Shown: one piece after another, positions 17,792 through 25,032 of the stretch
Layout: each line of letters begins with the position of its first letter
Numbering within the stretch: the stretch's first letter is position 1
Origin: a virus
Lineage: Duplodnaviria > Caudoviricetes
IMG/VR virus record: IMGVR_UViG_3300045957_000043
Coordinates: 1-56,144 of that record
DNA length: 56,144 nt
Reading direction: 5' to 3' (one strand)
The notes under the pieces: generated by a model
Seen by the model: the letters and a program-made list of their open reading frames with translations, nothing else
Database searches by the model: none
What the model was told of the DNA's origin: nothing
Program-made: the position numbers and the translations under genes

Positions 17792-18288
17792 CACAGGTCC
17801 TCCGCATCTACGTCGAGTTCTTTTTCTGTATTCAGAGCACTGAGCGCGTCGTGAACGTCCGTGATGGAGGCACCCTTGAGTGCGTTAATTTGTTTGTCGA
17901 TTGCTTCGACATCCGGCTCGGCCTGCATGTTTGCAAGGTCCTGCAAGATCTTTAGGTTAAGCACGTCAGCCTGCAGCAGCGACTTGAATGCGGCGACTTT
18001 AGTCTGAGGTCGCAGCTCGCCGGACAAAATCATATTTACGAGTTCAGTGACCAGCTCGCCTTTGATGTTTAGCGGCAGTGTCGGCCACTGTAGTGCCCCA
18101 GTGATTAATTTCGCGCGAGCCGTAATACTCTGTAGCGGGTACTGCTCGGATTCTGGGTTCTTGGCTAGCTCTTGCTTTTCCATTTCTCGACGAACGCGCA
18201 GTTCTTCTTCGCGCTCGGCAAGATTGCGGGCAAGCTCGTTGTTGGTAGCTTCAGATTCAGATTCAAATTCAAACTCGGATTCAAGCAT
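17791..18288 (-). CDS. Hypothetical helical protein (possibly terminase small subunit-like)
   Basis: 165-aa acidic/helical ORF; function is a guess. Confidence 0.55.
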   Translation of the reverse strand: MLESEFEFESESEATNNELARNLAEREEELRVRREMEKQELAKNPESEQYPLQSITARAKLITGALQWPTLPLNIKGELVTELVNMILSGELRPQTKVAAFKSLLQADVLNLKILQDLANMQAEPDVEAIDKQINALKGASITDVHDALSALNTEKELDVDAEDL

Positions 18289-18372
18289 AAACGGTCATCG
18301 GCCCCTGACTCCGACACCCGGAACGGCAGAGGCGATAGCTTGCCGACCGGGGCGGAGATTTATGTAGATTAG

Positions 18373-18804
18373 TTAGCCCAAGACTGCAGTGTATTCTCCG
18401 CACCAATGCCGGTCGCTTACGGCAAGGGGGTTCGGGAACCTATGGCAGATCCCGCTCCCGCTGTGGGACTGGTAAAAAGTACAAGACACACACGCGGGCT
18501 CCGCTACGGACTGATTTTCTTCAGGCTGGCTTGCTTCGGGCATTTGTTGCTGCTCCAGTTTTTCTAGGTCTTCGATTGTTTGGCGAAAAATGGGTTCGTC
18601 TCGCCACGGCGGTTTGGGTAGCCATTCTGGCCACCAGCGATTCGGGTCCGGTGTCGGCTCCGGCGACGGCCAGGGGATAATCCGCTGGATTTTACCCTGG
18701 ACGAGCCCGATACCGTGCCCGACCTTAAACCCAACAAACAAGCCTGCTGCCAGGATGAGCGCGCCCACAACTAGCGAGCCCCAGGCTCGTAAAGCCTCTA
18801 GCAA
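18373..18804 (-). CDS. Membrane-anchored protein with a C-terminal Cys4 domain
   Basis: N-terminal TM, Pro/Trp linker, CVSC...GICHRFP...WCGEY. Confidence 0.7.
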   Translation of the reverse strand: MLEALRAWGSLVVGALILAAGLFVGFKVGHGIGLVQGKIQRIIPWPSPEPTPDPNRWWPEWLPKPPWRDEPIFRQTIEDLEKLEQQQMPEASQPEENQSVAEPACVSCTFYQSHSGSGICHRFPNPLAVSDRHWCGEYTAVLG

Positions 18805-18815
18805 CGGATCACCTC

Positions 18816-19178
18816 CTAACGGGTTTGTAAGCGATTCAGCCAGACCTTAATGGTATTAGCTGACGCTAAGCCCTGTAGCCGACCGATCTCTCTGCCGTGG
18901 CGATAGGCAGTCAATGTTGGTACAACCGACACTGGCGGACGAGCTATCTTGCGTAGTTCGATATGAGCCCATCGAATGTCCCGTCGTTGCCGATAGACTT
19001 TGTTAACGATAGGTGTCATTTTACCGCACGGTGGGCACGACTGAGCGTGCCAATACAGCACACTTAACTGAGCGGTATCGGCCCATTTGCGAATCCGCGC
19101 GTTTTCTGCGGAGAAGGCCGCTTGGCCAACGAAAAAAATTGCGAATACTACCGCCATTACCGCTAGATTTTTGAGCAT
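18816..19178 (-). CDS. Exported thioredoxin-fold protein
   Basis: Signal-like N-terminus; YWHAQSCPPCGKM CxxC; VVPTL cis-Pro; GREIGRLQG. Confidence 0.85.
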   Translation of the reverse strand: MLKNLAVMAVVFAIFFVGQAAFSAENARIRKWADTAQLSVLYWHAQSCPPCGKMTPIVNKVYRQRRDIRWAHIELRKIARPPVSVVPTLTAYRHGREIGRLQGLASANTIKVWLNRLQTR

Positions 19179-19260
19179 TGCTAGCAACAATCGTCGTATA
19201 TAGTGGGGGTAAGATACCTGACTATTACATTGTAGGCTTTCTAAGAGAGAAAGGTTTAAC

Positions 19261-19641
19261 ATGCAGGTTAAGTTTGCTGACTACCCGTGGGTCGCCAGGG
19301 CTATTGCTAGTCGCGGCGGCAACTACAAATTTCCACCCGAGCGGTTTTCGGCGCGTCGTTTAGTGGAGTACCAAGGGCGGCTCATCTATGCTGCGTCGCA
19401 ACTCGAACTGATCGCTGATATGCTACAGAAATACGGCGTCGAAGCGGTTGATCTCGTCGGGGGAGACAACATCGAAAACGCCGTGAATCTTGTTGAGCGA
19501 ACTGTGGGGCTGATCGCGGATCAGTGCTCAGGGTATGCGATCCACTATAAGACGAAACAGTCGTTTGTTACTGACGAGCCCGGCGACGCCCCCAAAAGAA
19601 AACGGGGGCGCCCTAGAAAGAAACCGCACGACGAAGCTTAG
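19261..19641 (+). CDS. Hypothetical protein with a C-terminal AT-hook
   Basis: KRKRGRPRKK; GAAAGG RBS. Confidence 0.75.
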   Translation: MQVKFADYPWVARAIASRGGNYKFPPERFSARRLVEYQGRLIYAASQLELIADMLQKYGVEAVDLVGGDNIENAVNLVERTVGLIADQCSGYAIHYKTKQSFVTDEPGDAPKRKRGRPRKKPHDEA

Positions 19642-20516
19642 ATAGGTTTAGGCGATTTCAGCGTTTCGGGGACAACCCGCGAAATAAGGTAGTGCTTTCG
19701 AAAAGTACTTTCGTTCGCGTGGCCCAGGTGAGTGCGGCCAGCTTCAATCCCGTATCTGCGGAATACATCTGTGCCGCTTCCGGCTCTTAGCCCGCCCAAG
19801 GTGTGACCAGGGAAACCGCCGGCTTGCTTAATAATCCGGGCAGCTTCGCCGAAAAAGTGGCGCTCGTCCCCTGGCAAGGGGAAAACTAACTCGCGAGCAG
19901 GAAGCTTGATCTTTTCGATGGCTCTGAGTGTATTCTCTGAGAACCGCCAGCAAATCGGGTTTCCGGTCTTCTCGCGCATGCGCACGACTACCCCGTCTTC
20001 CTGGATCTGGTCGAACCTAAGCGATCTCAAGTCTTTCGGGTGTGAACTGTCCCAAGTTGCGCGAATATACGCGACCCAGAAATCCCCGCGACAGATCCCA
20101 TTGCGCCTGTATTTTTTACTCAACCACTTCCGGTATCGCGGTAGCGGGTTTTCCAGTCGGTGAATCAGCTCTGAAGCTTCTTCCCAGGAAAACCCTTCAG
20201 TCGGTTTCGAGTCTTGACGGATCTTTACAGTGTTGTACCGCGACAGCTCTTCGGTGATCAGCTTTTGAGCCCTCGCGGCGTTGCACAACACACAGAGGAT
20301 AGTCTTGTAGAGCTTCCGTGTGCTGGAAGCGAGTCCGTCTGTTCTCAGCTGAACAAGATGCCGGTTGACCGCTTCCGGGTTCAGGTCTTCGACGGTTGCT
20401 TCCCGCCCTAGCGTGGCGCTGAATTTCTTCACCGTGAGATGCAGCGTTTTGACGTATTTCTTGCTGAGGTCTTCTCGTAACAGGATGTAGCTGTCGACAA
20501 AATCGCGAAGCAACAT
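19638..20516 (-). CDS. int: Tyrosine recombinase/integrase (catalytic residues partly degenerate)
   Basis: SAM-like N-domain, EKTG, GLR, HLGH, RKHY; GGAGAGGA RBS. Confidence 0.8.
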   Translation of the reverse strand: MLLRDFVDSYILLREDLSKKYVKTLHLTVKKFSATLGREATVEDLNPEAVNRHLVQLRTDGLASSTRKLYKTILCVLCNAARAQKLITEELSRYNTVKIRQDSKPTEGFSWEEASELIHRLENPLPRYRKWLSKKYRRNGICRGDFWVAYIRATWDSSHPKDLRSLRFDQIQEDGVVVRMREKTGNPICWRFSENTLRAIEKIKLPARELVFPLPGDERHFFGEAARIIKQAGGFPGHTLGGLRAGSGTDVFRRYGIEAGRTHLGHANESTFRKHYLISRVVPETLKSPKPI

Positions 20517-20552
20517 AGTGTCCTCTCCTAGTAAGCTGAACCAGCCAGAATC

Positions 20553-20790
20553 ATAGGCTGAACAAACACAAACGATAGGCTGCACGAAATGCAAACCTCA
20601 AACCGACGGGTCTATTATATTAGACTAAGCATCGGTAGGTCAATACCATCGGCCTACTATGCCAGCCTAGGTAATATAGGCCGCCAAGGGCATGTAACCA
20701 AAGTAGCGAATCGCTTCGGGCTGTCAACAAGCTAGGCTGCACAACCGCTAAAGAATAGGCAGAAGTATCGCCGAACCATAGGCTGCACAA
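20553..20790. promoter_or_regulatory. Direct repeats (A)TAGGCTG(C/A)AC, putative operator or arm-type sites
   Basis: Copies at 20553, 20575, 20733, 20778. Confidence 0.6.
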
Positions 20791-20796
20791 GTCGGT

Positions 20797-20825
20797 TTGC
20801 CAAGCAGGAGGCGAGCGGGTACACT
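20797..20825 (+). promoter_or_regulatory. Sigma70-like promoter
   Basis: TTGCCA (20797-20802)-17bp-TACACT (20820-20825). Confidence 0.7.
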
Positions 20826-20831
20826 GATCTT

Positions 20832-20893
20832 TAAGGCGGCGGGCTGTGCAGAGTTACTAGCCTTTCGATGTGCGGCCCGTTCGCCTCTCTTCT
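20832..20893 (+). ncRNA. Putative antisense sRNA or structured leader
   Basis: 17-bp stem (G-U pairs valid only on the + strand); 18-nt loop carries CTAGCCTTTCG, antisense to the early-gene RBS motif; starts at the predicted +1. Confidence 0.6.
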
Positions 20894-20919
20894 AGATTGC
20901 AACGAAAGGATCTCTACAC

Positions 20920-21222
20920 GTGGCCGAAAAGGACAAAACAGACCTCAGGTCTGATCTGCTGATGCAAGCGGTGCGCAATCTAATCCTGCGGTATCTGCGC
21001 GATCACCGAGGCGCCACCGCTTCGGAAATTATCGAACGCGCGGGGATCTGCAAGAGCCACTTTTACGCCATCATGGGCTCGACTAGCGGCTACTACCCGA
21101 CTATCAAAACGGTGCTGCTGCTTCTCAATGCAATCAACTGCGACCTGGAAATTGTTGAAAAGCTTCCGGCGGGGCTTCGCCGTGAGTCGAAAACTAGCAA
21201 GCAAATCAACTTTGAGTCCTAG
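20920..21222 (+). CDS. HTH transcriptional regulator (repressor/Cro-like)
   Basis: ASEIIERAGICKSHFYAIM...PTIKTVLLLLNAI; divergent from the integrase. Confidence 0.8.
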   Translation: MAEKDKTDLRSDLLMQAVRNLILRYLRDHRGATASEIIERAGICKSHFYAIMGSTSGYYPTIKTVLLLLNAINCDLEIVEKLPAGLRRESKTSKQINFES

Positions 21223-21315
21223 CTAGAAAAAATTTTTGGAAACGTATTCCAATCTTCTGAACGGTAGGTTACTATGCACCCACCATGAGGAAGTCGCAGC
21301 TAAGGGAGCAGCGGG

Positions 21316-21510
21316 ATGCTAATTATCGAACGGAAAACGGATGAAGCGTTCTGGCTGCACACGGACGGCGGGCACGAAGCCCGAATCATTGTAACGCGGA
21401 TCAAAGGAAACCGTGTTCGCATTGGCATCGAGGCCGATATGTCAGTCCGAGTTTGCAGGGAAGAGCTTCGAGGGACCGGGACTGAGGTGCTGGATGGAGA
21501 AGCGACCTAG
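21316..21510 (+). CDS. csrA: Carbon storage regulator CsrA/RsmA homolog
   Basis: MLIIERK.DE...I.VTRIKGNRVRIGIEA...V.V.REEL. Confidence 0.9.
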   Translation: MLIIERKTDEAFWLHTDGGHEARIIVTRIKGNRVRIGIEADMSVRVCREELRGTGTEVLDGEAT

Positions 21511-21554
21511 CTCGGCGGCGGCAGGGGACGTTGCCGCCGAGTTGCTTAATTCCT

Positions 21555-21905
21555 ATGCCGATCAACTCCCGAGCTAAAGGCGCCAGCGGCGAGCGCGAAC
21601 TGGCTAAAAAACTCACCGAGCTAGGCTTCCCGGCCCGGCGCGGGCAACAGTTTTCGGGGCTCGAAGGTAAAGACATCTGCACGGCGGTCGCCGGACTACA
21701 CATTGAGTGTAAACGAGTTGAACGACTCAATCTTCACAAGGCTGTCGACCAAGCGATACGAGACGCAGACGACAGTGAACTCCCGGTGGTGGTCCACCGC
21801 GCGAACGGCAAACCGTGGCTGTTTACTGCTCGCCTGGACGACCTCTTAGCCTTGTTGGAGCTGCTTGCGTGCTGGAAGACTTCGAACCCGACCGAGAAGA
21901 GTTGA
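21555..21905 (+). CDS. Holliday junction resolvase-like PD-(D/E)XK nuclease
   Basis: NSRAKGASGERELAKKL...RRGQQ...D...HIECKR. Confidence 0.85.
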   Translation: MPINSRAKGASGERELAKKLTELGFPARRGQQFSGLEGKDICTAVAGLHIECKRVERLNLHKAVDQAIRDADDSELPVVVHRANGKPWLFTARLDDLLALLELLACWKTSNPTEKS

Positions 21906-22216
21906 GGCGCCGCTTTCGCAACCGGATGGTTGAGGAAAAAGGCGCCGAGCTGATCGAGACAATCGCCATCGCCTTTTACGAGTTCGCGCTCGATCCTGAA
22001 GACTGGATGCAAGAAGACGAGTACCTTGACTGCGCGACAAGTGCCGCTATGTGGTGCTTGGTCAGCTTTCTTAACATGACCCTCTACGAGCTGCAGCAGC
22101 CCGCTCACCACGAGCCTGATCCTGAAAGCATCAGTGAAGTAAACCGAGAAATTCTGGAGCTATCTCGGCTACGAATGTCGCAAGTGTTAATGGATGCGGT
22201 CTCGAAAGACAATTAG
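21815..22216 (+). CDS. Hypothetical protein
   Basis: Acidic ORF in the operon; start uncertain. Confidence 0.6.
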   Translation: MAVYCSPGRPLSLVGAACVLEDFEPDREELRRRFRNRMVEEKGAELIETIAIAFYEFALDPEDWMQEDEYLDCATSAAMWCLVSFLNMTLYELQQPAHHEPDPESISEVNREILELSRLRMSQVLMDAVSKDN

Positions 22217-22275
22217 TTAGTGGCCCTAGAATTACAGTGTAGAACCCAACCAAAACTCGTAGGTAAGGTAGCACT

Positions 22276-22530
22276 GTGCTTGATCTCTTTGTCGTTCTCG
22301 CGGTCGCCGTGGCTTGGGGGGTTTTTGTCTACTCGCGCAAAAAGCCCTTGGAAGGCGGCGTGCCGCCCGGCTCCGAGTCCGCGCAATATCGCGCGCCTTG
22401 CGACTTGTCGCGGGTGAAATGCCTGCTAGAGACACTCGACCCCGAAAAAGACGCGGAGTTGATCGAAGCGATCGTGCGGGCCAGAGTATTAGCCGAGTTA
22501 CCCCAGTCAGTTAGAGACAAACTGAAATGA
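22276..22530 (+). CDS. Small membrane-anchored protein
   Basis: N-terminal TM; ATGA-coupled to the next gene. Confidence 0.7.
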   Translation: MLDLFVVLAVAVAWGVFVYSRKKPLEGGVPPGSESAQYRAPCDLSRVKCLLETLDPEKDAELIEAIVRARVLAELPQSVRDKLK

Positions 22531-22997
22531 ACGATCGGATCGTTAGCGCAGGGACGGTGATCATCTTAGCACTGCTCGTACTGGTGCTCGGGCGGCGGCT
22601 AGTAAACCAGCTCCCAGGGATCGCACCGGATACTAAGCTTCCCGCGAATCTTCAGCCGATTTCGCAGCAAATCTACACTCATATCGGGGGGCAGCCTAAC
22701 GCCCAGCAGGATTGCCGGACGCTCGCGGCACTTTTTCAAGGCTATCAAAACTTGCTGGCAAGCGACGGCAAGGCAGCTCTCTATTACGTTGCTGACCGGG
22801 GCTCGCTCAAAGCCAGATTCGCGCAAATGGGCGAGCTAATCGTAGGGCCTGATTGGCAACTCGGGGAGCGGTATCCGGGGCTGGCGCCAGTGCTCGCCGA
22901 GTACTGTGCACCGATTGATGAATTCCCTGGAGGCCGCGCGCAAGCGGTGCAGCGTTGCCGTGAGCTAGTCGTGGTATTCAGCCACTTGGCTAACTAA
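22527..22997 (+). CDS. Membrane-anchored hypothetical protein
   Basis: N-terminal TM helix, 156 aa. Confidence 0.75.
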   Translation: MNDRIVSAGTVIILALLVLVLGRRLVNQLPGIAPDTKLPANLQPISQQIYTHIGGQPNAQQDCRTLAALFQGYQNLLASDGKAALYYVADRGSLKARFAQMGELIVGPDWQLGERYPGLAPVLAEYCAPIDEFPGGRAQAVQRCRELVVVFSHLAN

Positions 22998-23011
22998 TCA
23001 AGGGGCTTGGG

Positions 23012-24052
23012 ATGACGTTTTTGCGTTGGCTGCTTGTTTGCTGCGGACTGGTCTTTTTAACGGCTACAGCAGGCGTCTCCCAAGAGCCGGCAGCTGACTT
23101 TTCAGTTAACAAAGAAGGCTGGCGGTACGAGCCGGAAGTACTCGAAGCCGCTATCAAGCGGGTTCCCCGTAAGTTTTACGCGCAAGCCGCGATCCTCGCT
23201 GAAGACAGCGACGAACGCACGGTGCTACTGTACCGGTTTGTAGTGCAGGCTCGGGGACTGCCTGCTGGAACTACACTACCAACGCGCGACCAAGGCAACG
23301 TCGGTTCGTGTGTAGGTTACGCGACAGCCAACGCGGTTGATCATTTAAGTGCAGTCCAGATCTACTTGAAAGGGCTGCGCGAGCGATTCGAGGCAGCCAG
23401 CGCGCCGGCGCTTTACGGCATCGGGCGGCAACAGGCTGGTCAACTCGGCGGGTGGGACGGGAGCACCGGTGCCTGGAGCGTCGAGGGAATTCAGCAGCTC
23501 GGCGCGTTGTGGCAGCTAAGCTACGGCGAAGCGGATCTTAGCCGTGAACGACCCAGCGATGCAAAGAATTTCGCCTCGCGGGGGCTGCCGGCAAGCTTAC
23601 TAGAGATTGCACGGGAAACACCCGTGCAGGCGCACGTCGCGGTGCGCGACTGGAAACACGCTCGCGGGCTAATTCAGTCGGGCTTCCCGCTCATCGTGTG
23701 TTCGGACGTGGGCTTTGATAACGGCTCGCGGGGCACACAACGGGACAATCTCGGGTTTGCCTCCCCGCGCGGGTCGTGGATGCACGCGATGTGCTGTGTC
23801 GCTTACCGAGGGCCGGACACGGGGCGCGAAGGTTTTCTGATTTTGAATTCCTGGAACCCGCGTTATATCTCGGGGGAAAAGTGGCCTGAAGACCAACCAG
23901 AAGGGAGTTTTTGGGTCACGCCGGAGGTCCTCGGTAGAATGATTTCAAAGCGGGACACCTGGGGCATTTCAGCGTTAAAGGGTTTCCCTAAAAAGGAACT
24001 CACCCTTCTAGAAATTTTTGAAAACGCAGGTGGGGCGAGAACGGAGAACTAA
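23012..24052 (+). CDS. Secreted papain-like (C1) cysteine peptidase
   Basis: Signal peptide; RDQGNVGSCVG, WMHAM, ILNSW. Confidence 0.9.
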   Translation: MTFLRWLLVCCGLVFLTATAGVSQEPAADFSVNKEGWRYEPEVLEAAIKRVPRKFYAQAAILAEDSDERTVLLYRFVVQARGLPAGTTLPTRDQGNVGSCVGYATANAVDHLSAVQIYLKGLRERFEAASAPALYGIGRQQAGQLGGWDGSTGAWSVEGIQQLGALWQLSYGEADLSRERPSDAKNFASRGLPASLLEIARETPVQAHVAVRDWKHARGLIQSGFPLIVCSDVGFDNGSRGTQRDNLGFASPRGSWMHAMCCVAYRGPDTGREGFLILNSWNPRYISGEKWPEDQPEGSFWVTPEVLGRMISKRDTWGISALKGFPKKELTLLEIFENAGGARTEN

Positions 24053-24054
24053 CG

Positions 24055-24264
24055 ATGTCACGCAGTATTGCTGTCGGGGTCGTACTCGGGGGTCTCGGCT
24101 TGGTCGCAGACACGGCGATCGAGCACCCACCAAAAGAAACCGGGCAGGCGGCTGTCGTCTTGACGGCGCCGGTTACGTCCCCGCATATTGCTCAGCAGCA
24201 GCAGCAGGAACAGCCTACGGGCGATCCGGGGTTTGAGTATTACGCTATCCACGATATGAAGTAA
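24055..24264 (+). CDS. Small membrane/secreted protein
   Basis: Hydrophobic N-terminus, GGAG RBS. Confidence 0.6.
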   Translation: MSRSIAVGVVLGGLGLVADTAIEHPPKETGQAAVVLTAPVTSPHIAQQQQQEQPTGDPGFEYYAIHDMK

Positions 24265-24269
24265 GTGTT

Positions 24270-24485
24270 ATGGGCTGAGGCTGCCGCAAAAAGAAAGCGC
24301 GTGCCGCTTTCGGAAAACCACTGAGCGTAAAAGTTGTTTCCGGCCTGCCTCAGCCGACTGTCATGAGGGGACCGGCGACTAATACGAACTATGGGCGCCG
24401 TCAAGACGGTGATGTCTTCACGGTGTTTGAAAAGGACGTGGAACCGCTCGTCAAAGACGAAACGGTCCGAATCGAAGTCGTGTAG
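24270..24485 (+). CDS. Putative selenoprotein (UxC motif, in-frame UGA at codon 3), 71 aa; not in ORF track
   Basis: MG*GCRKKK...TNYGRRQDGDVFTVFEKD; paralog of 24498-24707; SECIS-like hairpin at 24293-24311. Confidence 0.7.
24293..24311 (+). promoter_or_regulatory. Bacterial SECIS-like hairpin
   Basis: GAAAGCG-CGTGC-CGCTTTC; loop starts 21 nt after the UGA; GU at loop positions 2-3. Confidence 0.55.
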
Positions 24486-24497
24486 GAACCCGATGCA

Positions 24498-24707
24498 ATG
24501 CCTTGTTCAAGTTGTCAGAAACGCCGCGAAGCGCGACTGCGAAATACTGAAATGGTCAAAGTGAAGTTTGTGGATCTACACCCTACAGGCGTGATCCTGC
24601 AGGTTGGCATGACGAACTACGGTTTTCGCAAAAACGGGGACGTTTTGAAAATGTTCAAAACCGACTTCGAGAAGCTGAAATCAGGAGCCGCCGAAATTGT
24701 TGAGTGA
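24498..24707 (+). CDS. Small CxxC protein, paralog of the putative selenoprotein
   Basis: MPCSSCQKRR...TNYGFRKNGDVLKMFKTD. Confidence 0.8.
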   Translation: MPCSSCQKRREARLRNTEMVKVKFVDLHPTGVILQVGMTNYGFRKNGDVLKMFKTDFEKLKSGAAEIVE

Positions 24708-25026
24708 GAGCCCCATCTGGCCGTTAGTCGTCGCGCTTGCCGTGTGGCGCGTCACGCACATGATCACTGATGAAGACGGACCGTTGCGCGTGTTGTGGTA
24801 TTTGCGCGAGGCTTTGGGAGGGAACCAGCCTGACCCATCGCCGGGGTCTGCTGGGGACTTAATCAGTTGCGCGTATTGTCTGTCGGTGTGGGTCGCGCTG
24901 GTGTTTGTACTCTTAATGCAGCTTAACCTGAGAGCTGTGAATATCGGTTTCGAAGTACTCGCGCTGAGTGCCGTCTCGGTCTTCGCGACGACACTGCATA
25001 ACTACGTCAACGACCAGCTAAGCTAG
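24697..25026 (+). CDS. DUF1360-like membrane protein with CxxC
   Basis: LAVWRVTHMITDEDGP...LISCAYCLSVWVAL; about 3 TM segments; AGGAG RBS. Confidence 0.85.
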   Translation: MLSESPIWPLVVALAVWRVTHMITDEDGPLRVLWYLREALGGNQPDPSPGSAGDLISCAYCLSVWVALVFVLLMQLNLRAVNIGFEVLALSAVSVFATTLHNYVNDQLS

Positions 25027-25032
25027 AGGGGG

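Noticed and set aside
20857-20867. Eighth RBS motif serving a minus-strand gene
   Set aside because: No ATG, GTG or TTG at SD distance downstream on the minus strand.
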